NCBI GenBank assembly: GCA_030149205.1
Contig: JASBSB010000001.1
Coordinates: 134,357-198,356, forward strand
DNA from: Candidatus Heimdallarchaeota archaeon
GTDB lineage: Archaea; Asgardarchaeota; Heimdallarchaeia; Heimdallarchaeales; Kariarchaeaceae
Reading direction: 5' to 3'
DNA length: 64,000 nucleotides
Position numbers and translations under genes: made by a program. Below, in pieces: positions 8,705-18,554 of the stretch (positions within the stretch are counted from its first letter, which is position 1; the number at the start of each line of letters is the position of its first letter). The notes under the pieces were generated by a model. The model saw nothing but the letters and a program-made list of their open reading frames with translations, searched no databases and was not told the origin of the DNA.

Positions 8705-9319
8705 CTACGAATCGAAACCTTCAATTTCTTCAAGATCGTCATAGGTCTGTCTAACTGCTTGATGAACTTGATCTTCGGTCTTTGCACCAGTACACACAAG
8801 ATTCCCACTTTGGAAGAGCAACAATACTGTTTTAGGTTCTTTTAATCGATAGATAAGTCCAGGAAACTGCTCAGGTTCATACATTGATTGTTCTAACCAC
8901 ATGTTTGCGGCTTCAAGGTTAATCACCCTATTGTTGAAATTCCCAGAGGCAACAATATTTTGGACGATAATTTCAGGAGTCTCTTCAATGGTTGTGCCCA
9001 CAGTTCTTAGGATATCAATCATCTGATAAACACCTTGATGAACCATTTCCTCAGATTTTGCACCCGTTATAACCAGTTTACCACTTGAAAACACAAGGGA
9101 TGAGATTTTAGGCTTTTTAGTTTTTAAGATCAGACCAGGAAACTGTTCTGGGTTATAGCTTACTTCTAATTCATCATCATCAATTAACTGTTGAAAGATA
9201 CTGACTAAATCTATGTTTGTGAACAGGTTAACTGAAGCTACACAGTTTTGGATTATAATTTTGAAATCTAATCCGTCGTCTTTGTTTTTTTCTCTTGAGG
9301 GAAGTGTTTCTTGACTCAT
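8705..9319 (-). CDS. tbp: TATA-box binding protein.
   Basis: Two direct repeats are present (…LVITGAKSEEMVHQGVYQ… and …LVCTGAKTEDQVHQAVRQ…). The protein is 204 aa with an acidic C-tail. Confidence 0.9.
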   Translation of the reverse strand: MSQETLPSREKNKDDGLDFKIIIQNCVASVNLFTNIDLVSIFQQLIDDDELEVSYNPEQFPGLILKTKKPKISSLVFSSGKLVITGAKSEEMVHQGVYQMIDILRTVGTTIEETPEIIVQNIVASGNFNNRVINLEAANMWLEQSMYEPEQFPGLIYRLKEPKTVLLLFQSGNLVCTGAKTEDQVHQAVRQTYDDLEEIEGFDS

Positions 9320-9461
9320 CTTGATTCAAAATGATTAAGAACTTGCTCTTTTATAAGGCTTAGTAAAAATATCTTTTATTTTGTATGTTCTGATACATAA
9401 AAACACACGCTTGAATTGTAAAGAGAATGCATTTTTCTACAATTTTCCTACGACACAGTAA

Positions 9462-10007
9462 CTATTTTCTTACAAGCTTTTGGTTATCTTGAATCTTCCC
9501 AGCAATTTGCTCAATTTTTAATTCTAGAACCTTGATGATTTTTGTATTGTCGAACTCTTCAAGTGTTTCCCCACATTTTGGACAGATGAAATCATACTCC
9601 ATAGCTTCGTTGAACGTCAAACGGTAACACTCCTTCTTTCCACATGTGAAAAACATGTTTTCCTTCTCATGTTGAAGCCGTTCCATAAGTTTCCATTGTA
9701 TTGCCCTCTGTTTCTTAATAACGACAGAGTTTATGTTTTCAGTCAGTAGTTTCCAAAAATAAATATACCAACCTGTGTTTTTATCCCTGATCCTACGAAA
9801 ACTTGCTATCTCCAAATCATGGAGTTTATACAAGGATTTTCTAACCTCATCAAGTTTAATGTTTAGCTCATCTGCTATAAATTCATCTGTAACCTCTTCA
9901 TCTTGATCAATAAGTAGAATGGTTACTTTTCGGATCTCAGGTCCGGCTACATCCTCCACCATATCTAATAATGTTTGTCTTTCTTGCTCGTTAACTACCA
10001 AATCCAC
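9462..10007 (-). CDS. tfe: Transcription factor E alpha subunit (TFIIE-alpha homolog).
   Basis: It has an N-terminal winged helix followed by a C-terminal zinc ribbon (CGKKEC...CPKCGETL). The 181-aa size and its position next to tbp fit. Confidence 0.75.
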   Translation of the reverse strand: MDLVVNEQERQTLLDMVEDVAGPEIRKVTILLIDQDEEVTDEFIADELNIKLDEVRKSLYKLHDLEIASFRRIRDKNTGWYIYFWKLLTENINSVVIKKQRAIQWKLMERLQHEKENMFFTCGKKECYRLTFNEAMEYDFICPKCGETLEEFDNTKIIKVLELKIEQIAGKIQDNQKLVRK

Positions 10008-10175
10008 AACCTTTATCGAATTGATTACCAGAGGAATACCCTAATTAACATTAATTTTTGGTATTAAAACCCATATGATGTTGTACTAATCAATTTCACA
10101 TAAATTAGCATCAAGCTGAATAATAACTTTTTATTTGCAAAACTAACAAAGGTTTTAGATTTACCTAACAAATAT

Positions 10176-10766
10176 GTGGTTGTGTTAAAGCTAATTCATC
10201 TAAACATTATGAGGATGGTGGATGGAAAACCTCAGGGAGTGCCAATTTGGAAGACCCCACTAGATCCTGAAAAACACCCAAATTTGTCAGATGATACAAT
10301 CACAACGACGCTAGTGAGTCTTTCAAAGCGATTTGTACGACCATCCTTAGAGGGAAAAAATTATAATTTTGTAAAACTTTCCTTTAATAACATCATTTTT
10401 GATATTTACCTCCCTTCCAGTGGAAAAGATCAGTTTGCTTTAATCACTATCTTTCAATCTGAACCCCCAATAAAGACAACAGAAAAAGAAAGAGATGAAT
10501 TGATTTTAACCTTAGTCTCAAAGATTAAGAAGATAGAAGAATTTAGAAAGGTATTCACAAAAAGTTTTGGGGATCAAAGTTTAGAGATTGAATTCAATTC
10601 CACTCTGTACAAAAAAATCCTCAGTGTGGTCTTTGATGAGGTCGAAAAGTTCAACAACATTAAACTGCATAAACTGAAAGAGGAGATTGAAAAGAAAAGG
10701 AGGATACAGGAGGAGAAAATAGAAAAATTCATGTCAGATACTGAAAATACAGAGGATAATGAATAA
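10176..10766 (+). CDS. Hypothetical protein, possibly with a longin/roadblock-like N-terminal domain and a charged coiled-coil C-terminus.
   Basis: The ORF is 196 aa. The N-terminal beta-alpha-beta pattern and the lysine/glutamate-rich C-terminus are weak evidence only. Confidence 0.35.
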   Translation: MVVLKLIHLNIMRMVDGKPQGVPIWKTPLDPEKHPNLSDDTITTTLVSLSKRFVRPSLEGKNYNFVKLSFNNIIFDIYLPSSGKDQFALITIFQSEPPIKTTEKERDELILTLVSKIKKIEEFRKVFTKSFGDQSLEIEFNSTLYKKILSVVFDEVEKFNNIKLHKLKEEIEKKRRIQEEKIEKFMSDTENTEDNE

Positions 10767-10829
10767 ATCATCACTCTAAATTACCTCTGTGATGAAAATA
10801 TTTAATATAAAAGTGAATTATGTTAAGTA

Positions 10830-11672
10830 TTGAATCTTTTTGATAAGTATTCCCCGAATAAAAAGAATACAGAAATCAGGGTGGGGACTGTAGAAGAGAA
10901 TTTTGTTTTAGAAGAACAACCATCAAGGGAAATTGTTTTTAAGTCAGCCAGTGAAATATTAGAGGACTCAAAGCTCTCCCAACCAATAAGTACTGGGGTC
11001 TCGGGTCTAAATCAGCTTTTGCATGGAGGAATAGAGCGAGGTAGTATTACGGAAGTGTTTGGCTCTCCCACGGTTGGCAAATCTCAATTTGCCTTTCAAA
11101 TAACCAAGAATAATTCTCTTGGGAAGTATAAACCAATTAGCATTTTTATTGATACCGAAGGTACTTTTAAACCTCAAAGAATTGTACAAATGTTGAAACA
11201 TCAAAAAGCAAGTCAATCATCAACCAAAGATGTTCTTGACAATATTATGGTGTTCTCAGTGAGTAATTATAAGGATCAAATAAAGGTGGTTCAAAGCATT
11301 TTTCAAATGCCAAATCTGGAGAATGTTGGGCTAATTGTAATTGATTCTCTAACAAACCTTTTCAGAGCTCAATTGAGCTCAAAAAGCCAAATTATCAGAA
11401 GACAGCAACTTATTAATCTTCAACTGTCGAAATTAAGAAGTTTAGCACAGAGAAACAAAATCGCAGTTCTTGTTACAAATCAGGTCGGAATGGATTACCA
11501 AGCCCAACGAAATATTCCAGTTGGTGGAAATATTCTTGCACATGGGGTGACCCATAGGCTACAGATAGAGAGAATGGACGGTGGAAATAAACGATTGTTT
11601 AAAATCGTTAGCTCTCCTTTCATACCAGAAGGTGTAATTGAATTACGTTTGACTGAACAAGGGTTAATCTGA
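10830..11672 (+). CDS. RecA-superfamily ATPase, a RadA paralog/RadB-like protein.
   Basis: It has GGIERGSITEVFGSPTVGKSQ (Walker A in the RadA/RadB context) and a Walker B hhhhD (LIVIDS). There is no N-terminal HhH domain. Confidence 0.65.
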   Translation: MNLFDKYSPNKKNTEIRVGTVEENFVLEEQPSREIVFKSASEILEDSKLSQPISTGVSGLNQLLHGGIERGSITEVFGSPTVGKSQFAFQITKNNSLGKYKPISIFIDTEGTFKPQRIVQMLKHQKASQSSTKDVLDNIMVFSVSNYKDQIKVVQSIFQMPNLENVGLIVIDSLTNLFRAQLSSKSQIIRRQQLINLQLSKLRSLAQRNKIAVLVTNQVGMDYQAQRNIPVGGNILAHGVTHRLQIERMDGGNKRLFKIVSSPFIPEGVIELRLTEQGLI

Positions 11673-12020
11673 ATTCTCAAAGAAATCTGTAATACTCTTT
11701 TGACTCATCCTTTTTTCTAATCTCTCTAGCTTCATATCTTTGAATTCTTGAAGCAGTGAATTTGCTTCGTCATCCAATGCAAAAGCGAGAACAATTTGAT
11801 CTTTTAGAACATCCACATCAGCTAACTCCTCAATAAAATTGGTAAAAAAAAGATTGTTGTTATCGGTCAACTTGATAACACCATCCTTTGTGGCTTGTCT
11901 TAGTTTGATTGTTGCTTGAAGGAGTTCACCTAACTCTTCAATTAGTTTGTCTATCTGATGATTGATCCCAAATGTCTTGACTGCTTTTAAACTGATCTCC
12001 CGTCGTTTGTTAGCATCCAT
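11664..12020 (-). CDS. MazG-like nucleotide pyrophosphohydrolase.
   Basis: The EELGELLQA and EELADVDVL EExxE/D metal-binding helices are present. It is a 118-aa all-alpha protein. Confidence 0.55.
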   Translation of the reverse strand: MDANKRREISLKAVKTFGINHQIDKLIEELGELLQATIKLRQATKDGVIKLTDNNNLFFTNFIEELADVDVLKDQIVLAFALDDEANSLLQEFKDMKLERLEKRMSQKSITDFFENSD

Positions 12021-12143
12021 CTCTATTCATTTAGTATTTCCTTAAATTATAAAGTCATCTATGAAATCAAGGGAACATTAATTCAGTAACCAATTAATTT
12101 CTAATAATTTTATTCATCGTTTTATGAAACCCTTTATACTGAT

Positions 12144-12548
12144 TTATTCATATCTCCAGCTAATTACAGTATTATTAACAGGAACCATCTGGTCGACTGC
12201 TAAAGAACCCCGAACATTATTGAGGTAGTATATCCAAAATGCATTTGATCGATTAATGTTGTTAAACACTCCATCAATGGAGGTAACAAAATATCCCAAA
12301 TTAGGATACACCTTAATTGTAACGTTGTTATCAAGGATTGTCAAGTTATAAACTGTAAGTGTGGTGTTGAGGAGATAAGATTTTTGGATATCCGGTTTTA
12401 TTCCATTAAACTTGACTTCTAGAGAATAATAGATTAAACCAACCGAAACACCTCCTTTTTGTTGATTTTGATTAAAGAGATACAAAGCGCCAGTTAATGT
12501 AATTAAGATAAATAACAACATCACCAAGAACAATAGAGTTCTTTTCAT
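12144..12548 (-). CDS. DUF4430-like secreted/membrane-anchored protein associated with an ECF transporter.
   Basis: It has an N-terminal TM/signal segment. The C-terminal NAFWIYYLNNVRGSLAVDQ region resembles the W(M/I)YxVNGE motif of DUF4430. It overlaps the adjacent S-component gene by 4 nt. Confidence 0.4.
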   Translation of the reverse strand: MKRTLLFLVMLLFILITLTGALYLFNQNQQKGGVSVGLIYYSLEVKFNGIKPDIQKSYLLNTTLTVYNLTILDNNVTIKVYPNLGYFVTSIDGVFNNINRSNAFWIYYLNNVRGSLAVDQMVPVNNTVISWRYE

Positions 12549-13174
12549 TTATTGACCCCACGTGATTGAAGTAAATAATCATAGTTTATCTGTACGACGG
12601 GTAACACTGTTCTTTCTATATAGGGCAATGTGGCAAATAGATAGCTGTTTGCAACTACATGAATAATGGTAAAATTTATTCCAAATATAAATGTGGTCAG
12701 ATAGACCGAGATAAATTCAAGAGGAGTTGTAATGAAGAACAAGCTTGTTCCTAAGGTCACCACCATATCCCAAATAAGTGTAAAGAAGGCACCAATTATC
12801 AGAAATTCATAAGCCTTCTCGACTTTGAACTTATAACTTAAATGACCAGCAATCAAAAATAACAACCAGCCTATAACTTTAAGTGGGAATACAAGCAACC
12901 CTAACCCAAAAGTAAGTGAGGCTAATACTTCCCAGGAAAATATTATAACCAAACTCGTCACCAAGGCAAATTTTGTCCTAAATAAATACCCAATGAAAAA
13001 GATACTAAAAGAAATTATCTCCACATTTGGTATAGTGATGAGTAACCAGTTAATTCCAAGAACTGCTGCTCCAAGTTCAATCATTAATGCTTTGGTTTGC
13101 AGCTTCTCATCTGTGGACTCGAAATTTGAGATAATTTCATACGTATTTTCCTCTGTCTTAGTATGTGAATTCAA
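12545..13174 (-). CDS. Integral membrane protein, a putative ECF-transporter substrate-capture (S) component.
   Basis: It is a 209-aa protein with about 5-6 TM helices. It is co-operonic with the DUF4430 gene and divergent from the ecfA/ecfT genes. Confidence 0.4.
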   Translation of the reverse strand: MNSHTKTEENTYEIISNFESTDEKLQTKALMIELGAAVLGINWLLITIPNVEIISFSIFFIGYLFRTKFALVTSLVIIFSWEVLASLTFGLGLLVFPLKVIGWLLFLIAGHLSYKFKVEKAYEFLIIGAFFTLIWDMVVTLGTSLFFITTPLEFISVYLTTFIFGINFTIIHVVANSYLFATLPYIERTVLPVVQINYDYLLQSRGVNK

Positions 13175-13223
13175 TTGATTTCTTTACCTAGTTTAATTAA
13201 TAGGATTTTTAACCTATAACTTA

Positions 13224-14531
13224 GTGACAGGTTCAACTGAACCTAGATTAACAACAGAAGACCTAGGAATTTCGTATACTCACCCATCAGAGGTTAAAGT
13301 TTTCGAGCACGTAGATTTGACCATTACTCAGGGGAAGATTGTACTAATCACCGGAAAAAATGGATCGGGAAAGTCTACGCTAATTTCAACTTTACTTCAA
13401 GCACATGCTAAAGGCTCAATCAAAAGCTCAGGAAGAATAAAAATTCTAAAAGGTGAAACGTTAAACTATTTATCACAAAAACCGGCATTCCACCTTCTAA
13501 CGCAGCGGGTAGATGAAGAGCTAGCCAGCCCCTTAGGATTTAAAAGAGTCCCAAGGGAAGAAAGGAGACATAGAGTTATTGATGTAATAAATCAATTTAA
13601 TTTCAAACCGACTCTCGAAAGGAATCCATTAAAACTGTCTTCGGGTGAACAACAGCTTCTGTTATTGATGGTGGGAAAAATTTCAGATTCTGATATTTTT
13701 CTTTTAGACGAACCATTTTCAATGCTTGATAAAACAAACGAAGAGTCAGTCATCAGTGCGTTGAACGTCTTAAAGGGACTCGGGAAGAGTATAGTTGTCG
13801 TATCACATCGACCACCTTTAAATTTGCTAAAATATATTGACAACATATTTTTGATTGAAGATTTTAGATTAAAACAAACTTCAATTCCCACATTCAAAAA
13901 TCACTTAGAACATTTGCAGGAGTTTGTAAATAGCTTACTGTCCAAATCAACTCAAAAGGAAAGGAATTTAGCCATTTATTGGGACAGTATGATATCTGTA
14001 GGAAGAGCTGAGATGTTATTTCAATGCCCTCCCATGAATATTAACTCTGGAGAGATCGTATGTTTTAGTGGATCAAACGGTTCAGGTAAAACTACATTTT
14101 TGTTAACCCTACATGGAAGCATTTCACCATTGGAAGGGTCGGTAACCAAAAAAGCAAAGACAAAGTTTGTACCTGCTGATCCACTACTTTTCTTTATGGA
14201 TGGAGAAATAAAGTCCTTGCTTAAAGAATACAAAATTGATAAAATGGATATTCCTAACAAATTCAAATCTGTGGAGACAATATTCCAACTTTCAGAGGGA
14301 CAACAAAAACTATTTGGCTTGTTCTTGGTATTTTTTAGTGACACAGAGATTCTTTTATTAGATGAGCCTACGTTTGCATTAGATAGTGAAAACATTAAAC
14401 TCCTATTAAAATGGTTAAGTGAGACTGAAAAGACTGTAATTATCGCATCGCATGAAGTTTTATTGTTTGGAAAACTACCTAATAAGTCGTACACAATCAC
14501 TTCCAAAAAGGCAATTAAGATGAGGAGATAA
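13224..14531 (+). CDS. ECF/ABC transporter ATPase with two fused ATP-binding cassettes.
   Basis: There are two Walker A motifs (GKNGSGKST and GSNGSGKTT), two signature/Walker B regions (LSSGEQQ...LLDEP and LSEGQQK...LLDEP), and H-loops. Confidence 0.8.
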   Translation: MTGSTEPRLTTEDLGISYTHPSEVKVFEHVDLTITQGKIVLITGKNGSGKSTLISTLLQAHAKGSIKSSGRIKILKGETLNYLSQKPAFHLLTQRVDEELASPLGFKRVPREERRHRVIDVINQFNFKPTLERNPLKLSSGEQQLLLLMVGKISDSDIFLLDEPFSMLDKTNEESVISALNVLKGLGKSIVVVSHRPPLNLLKYIDNIFLIEDFRLKQTSIPTFKNHLEHLQEFVNSLLSKSTQKERNLAIYWDSMISVGRAEMLFQCPPMNINSGEIVCFSGSNGSGKTTFLLTLHGSISPLEGSVTKKAKTKFVPADPLLFFMDGEIKSLLKEYKIDKMDIPNKFKSVETIFQLSEGQQKLFGLFLVFFSDTEILLLDEPTFALDSENIKLLLKWLSETEKTVIIASHEVLLFGKLPNKSYTITSKKAIKMRR

Positions 14532-14536
14532 CTTAA

Positions 14537-15217
14537 ATGGAAGTTGAATTTCGAATAAAATTGCTGCTCGTACTGCTCCCCTTTGGATTAACATTTCTAA
14601 ACGTACTTCCCTCTCTACATTTTCTGCTTGTATTTTCTCTCGGACTTGCTCTCGTTAGTCTAGGTTATAGAAAAGTTATTTCTCTATTGTGGTCACTCAA
14701 ATGGATTATTTTGTTGGCCTCGTTGATTTTAATCCTAATTTCCCCCAATTTTTTAACTTTAAATTTCCTTGAGAAATTTTTGATAATGATTGGATTATTG
14801 GCTTTTTTAACAACTCAACTCAACTCTAGTGAGCTTTATGACCTGATGATTAAATCAAAGTTCCCTCATACATTTGCTTGGACAGTAACTCAAATTCAGA
14901 GAAATATGGAGTTTTTTGTTGATGAATTTCAAATTCTCCTTGAGATTCATAAAAGTAATCTAGATCAGGGATTCTTGTTACAAAGAATTAAAGCCCGTGT
15001 TAAATTTTCCACGTCGCTTTTAATCCTGGCATATGTTAGAGCTATACAAAGAGCAAAAATTCTTCCAATAACCTTACGTTCAAGAGGATGGAAGGGGGCA
15101 CACGAAAATTTATTTTTAAACATCACTCCAAAGCCTACAAATTGGCTAACAGTGCTGTTGATCTTTTCTGTCGAATTAATCGCAATTATTGGTACATATA
15201 CATTCACACTTACATAA
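14537..15217 (+). CDS. ECF transporter transmembrane (T) component, EcfT/CbiQ family.
   Basis: It is a multi-TM protein with the conserved AxxxRG-type coupling motif (RAIQRAKILPITLRSRGW). It starts 5 nt after the ATPase gene. Confidence 0.65.
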   Translation: MEVEFRIKLLLVLLPFGLTFLNVLPSLHFLLVFSLGLALVSLGYRKVISLLWSLKWIILLASLILILISPNFLTLNFLEKFLIMIGLLAFLTTQLNSSELYDLMIKSKFPHTFAWTVTQIQRNMEFFVDEFQILLEIHKSNLDQGFLLQRIKARVKFSTSLLILAYVRAIQRAKILPITLRSRGWKGAHENLFLNITPKPTNWLTVLLIFSVELIAIIGTYTFTLT

Positions 15218-15248
15218 AATATAGATAGAAGAAGATGGAATCTAAGTT

Positions 15249-16481
15249 ATGGCTGAAGCCCTTGATCAATACGAGATTGACCTGAGAATTTATGATGGTG
15301 TGGAGGGAAACTTCCTCTGGTACCAAAATTATTTTCAAACTCAGAGGGAAGATTATTTTAACAAGGGAATTGAAGGCTCGGTAACATCTAAGGTCATATC
15401 ATATTTTTTTGGTGGAATGGAGAACTTGGTAAAGGCTGATTCTTATTTTTGGAAGGGTGATTTCAAATCAGCTGTAAATGAATATACAAAGTCTCTCCGT
15501 GAGTTTAGTCTTTTTAAATCTTCAAGAGGAGCGAGCTTTAAACTTGATCTGTTAACACTTAAAAATATTCATTGGGTTAAAGGTATGATAGCTCTAAGCA
15601 GAGCCCTTCAAATGCCAGGTGACAAAAAATCCTTTGATTACTTCTCCGAAGCCCTGTTAGAATTTAACAATGAAGTTAATCAATCCACTGAAATGAAAGA
15701 AGAAATTAGTATGCTGGTGTCATTTTCGAGAGCTTCATTAACAGAAGCATTACTCTGGCAAGCGCGTGGAAACCAGGTAGAGATTGATAACAGCGCCGAA
15801 GCAAAAAGAAGATTGATGAAGGCAAGATCCGCAGTCCGACAGGCACAATACATTAACAAGTTAGTGACTGAATTTACCGAAAGTATAGAAGAAAATCTAG
15901 ATAACTTAACTCGAAAGCGGATTTTGGTGAAAGCAGATAAACTTGCGGTCCAAGGAACCATTGCGTCAGAAAAATCCGATTATCTTTCAGCAAAACAACT
16001 CTTTATTCAATCCAATCTTTTTTATAATAGAGCTGCTCAATTAGCCGAATCTGCGGGAAATAGAAGGATATTACTTTCAATGTCTAAGGTTATGGAAGCA
16101 TCAATTTTTGAATGTGACGCCAATGAGATGTATCGAAAAAATAACAATCTCAAAGAGGCACAGCTCAAATTTGATGAGGGCTCTTTGATAATAGATAAAG
16201 CAATCGCTTTATTGGGGTCATTGGGTTCATCGGAACTTAGAGACTCGTTCACTGCCCAAAGAGATTACTATTCAGCAATGGCTCTCTATTGTAAAGCAAC
16301 ACAAAGCTTTGATGAAGAAATTTATGATGAAGCTAAGGAGTTGTACCTGACTGCAAAGGACAAATTCCTCTCAGCAATTCAATTAGGTAAGAAATCTCAG
16401 AACACCACTATTGTGGAATTAACAGGTCAAGCACTTGCAGAAGTAGAAAGTTATTTACAACTGTGTGATACATTTCTTTAG
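15249..16481 (+). CDS. Hypothetical all-alpha (TPR-like) protein.
   Basis: It is a 410-aa ORF with a helical-repeat character and no specific motif. Confidence 0.4.
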   Translation: MAEALDQYEIDLRIYDGVEGNFLWYQNYFQTQREDYFNKGIEGSVTSKVISYFFGGMENLVKADSYFWKGDFKSAVNEYTKSLREFSLFKSSRGASFKLDLLTLKNIHWVKGMIALSRALQMPGDKKSFDYFSEALLEFNNEVNQSTEMKEEISMLVSFSRASLTEALLWQARGNQVEIDNSAEAKRRLMKARSAVRQAQYINKLVTEFTESIEENLDNLTRKRILVKADKLAVQGTIASEKSDYLSAKQLFIQSNLFYNRAAQLAESAGNRRILLSMSKVMEASIFECDANEMYRKNNNLKEAQLKFDEGSLIIDKAIALLGSLGSSELRDSFTAQRDYYSAMALYCKATQSFDEEIYDEAKELYLTAKDKFLSAIQLGKKSQNTTIVELTGQALAEVESYLQLCDTFL

Positions 16482-17332
16482 ATTATTTCAGATTTATTGG
16501 GGGGGACATACGGGGAATAGCCATTGGGATCAAAAGATACTTCTTTATACCCGAATTTCTTTAAAATTGATTTTATACGATCTATATTTGAGCTTAGTAT
16601 TCCAATTTCATCTCTGGACACTTGAATAAGTGCCTCATCATTCCCTAGATCACGAACACGGAGGATACGAAATTCAAAATTTTGCCTCAGGTACGATTCA
16701 GAGCTGTCTACTCTTTTTAATATATCCTGATCAATTTTGACGCCAGTATACACCCTACTTGCAAGACAAGGTAATGAAGGTTTATTCCAATTTGTCAATC
16801 CATTTTCATGAGCTATAGTTCGTATTTCTTCCTTTGTTAATTTGAAATCTGCAAGAGGTGTCGCTGCTCCTAATTCACTGATAGCTTTGTAACCTGGTCT
16901 ATGACCTGAAAGGTCAGAATAATTTGTTCCATTAACCACAACGTCATAAGAGAGTTCCACTCTTAACTGCTCTAGCTTTGAATGAAGAAGCTGTTTACAA
17001 TAATAACACCTGTTTGCAGGGTTTTGGGCATAATTAACACTTTCTTCAAATTCATTGTACTTGATCACATGTAACCCTAGATTCAATTGCTTTGCGACAT
17101 TTCGAGCATTTTCAATCTCACCTGATGCAAGACTGTCACCATCTTGAATAACTAGGAGAACAGAATTTGCTATTTTGGATAGTAGGAATGCAACTACCGT
17201 TGAGTCTACACCACCTGAAAAGGCTACAATTACCCTTTTGTTTTTGAACATATCCTGTAGTTTCTTTATTTTAACCTCTATAGCATCGCGATTCAGAATT
17301 TGTAACAACTTTACTTCTCCCAACCTGACCAA
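16478..17332 (-). CDS. larE: PP-loop ATP pyrophosphatase, LarE-like sulfur transferase (TIGR00268 family).
   Basis: The SGGVDS PP-loop lies in VIVAFSGGVDSTVV, with conserved cysteines (CYYCK). The size is about 284 aa. Confidence 0.55.
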   Translation of the reverse strand: MVRLGEVKLLQILNRDAIEVKIKKLQDMFKNKRVIVAFSGGVDSTVVAFLLSKIANSVLLVIQDGDSLASGEIENARNVAKQLNLGLHVIKYNEFEESVNYAQNPANRCYYCKQLLHSKLEQLRVELSYDVVVNGTNYSDLSGHRPGYKAISELGAATPLADFKLTKEEIRTIAHENGLTNWNKPSLPCLASRVYTGVKIDQDILKRVDSSESYLRQNFEFRILRVRDLGNDEALIQVSRDEIGILSSNIDRIKSILKKFGYKEVSFDPNGYSPYVPPNKSEII

Positions 17333-18375
17333 CCTAACTTTTTCTTTTTATCAGGTGGTACTGGAGCTCCTTCAGGTATGTCTTCTTTATCTATATGTTT
17401 TTCACTCTTCGATTTTTCAGGTTTAGGAATAGATGGAGCAGGGATGTTATACTTGTTAGTTTTTACCTTTCCAATATTTTGACCCTCAACATTTTTCTCT
17501 GGAAGTGAAGACAGAGGAATATTTGAATTTGGGGCAACTTTATCAGGTTTCATTTCCATCTGATCTGAACTGTTTGAAGATGTAGTATTCTTAGGCGATG
17601 GGATATCTGCGTTAATTAAGGGGTTAACTTTTGGATTTGGGGGACTCACAGCTTCGACTTTGTCCTCTCTTTGATGCTTTAAAATATCGGAGGGCTTTGC
17701 CCATTGATCATCAGTGTAATTATCCTCTGCTTTTGGTTCTTGCCATTCTATATTAGTTGAGCTTGCCTCTTCTGTAACGTACTTGTTATCGATCGGTTTT
17801 GGCTGTTGTTGGTTATTGGGCATATTTTTTTCTTTAAGCACATCTGAAAAAAGGTCTTCCTGTTCATCTACTGATGGTGTTGATGAGTCACCGTTCAATA
17901 AACTTGCCCAAATTCTCGGAGAAGGTTTTGAAAAAGCAGACACATATTTCCCTGATAAGACATGAGTATAGTTAACGTTAAGCGGCACCCTAGAGGGAAT
18001 TTGGCGTGATACTGTATTTATGGTTGTTGTTGCTTTAGGTTGTATGGGCTCAACATTGAGTATTTCTGAACTTTCCTCTGCAGTGACCAACTTTTCGTTG
18101 CTCATCGCAGCAGTTCTTAAATCAGAAGCATCTTCTGATTTTTTGGACAGCTCTTCCGGGATTTTCTCCCAATTAATTGTTAGACGAAGAAAATTGTTTT
18201 GTTCAGATTGATTTATTTCAAATTCCAGTTGAATATCCTTTGAAACGGATATAGATAATTTAGAGTCGCCAAGAGGTAGCTCAAGTGATTGATTTGTTCT
18301 GAGACTCTCAGAAAAGAGTGCAAACAACTCCGCAACTTCATTTGTGCTAAGATCAACATTCGTCTTTAAATCCAT
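17311..18375 (-). CDS. Hypothetical protein with a structured N-terminus and a long disordered, proline/lysine/serine-rich, basic C-terminus.
   Basis: It is a 354-aa ORF with low-complexity composition. It overlaps larE by 22 nt. Confidence 0.4.
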   Translation of the reverse strand: MDLKTNVDLSTNEVAELFALFSESLRTNQSLELPLGDSKLSISVSKDIQLEFEINQSEQNNFLRLTINWEKIPEELSKKSEDASDLRTAAMSNEKLVTAEESSEILNVEPIQPKATTTINTVSRQIPSRVPLNVNYTHVLSGKYVSAFSKPSPRIWASLLNGDSSTPSVDEQEDLFSDVLKEKNMPNNQQQPKPIDNKYVTEEASSTNIEWQEPKAEDNYTDDQWAKPSDILKHQREDKVEAVSPPNPKVNPLINADIPSPKNTTSSNSSDQMEMKPDKVAPNSNIPLSSLPEKNVEGQNIGKVKTNKYNIPAPSIPKPEKSKSEKHIDKEDIPEGAPVPPDKKKKLGWSGWEK

Positions 18376-18554
18376 CTATAATTTTTAGTATCCTTGAGTG
18401 TTTAATATCTTTCCTTCAAAGTCTAAGTAAAGTAATAAGCTTCTAAAAATATTTGCACACTTCTATACGGGTTTACATTTCGTTATCCCAATGTAAATAT
18501 TGCAATCCTAAGAAATTGTTTTATCTTAGTAATCCTACAGCAAAACGATATCCA

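Noticed and set aside
10574-10774. Assorted 60-100 aa ORFs antisense to or embedded in annotated genes (for example 741..935, 13592..13897, 14021..14506, 15680..15961, 32096..32374, 50727..50987).
   Set aside because: Each lies entirely within a longer gene that has recognisable domains on the other strand or frame. They are low-complexity with no motifs.
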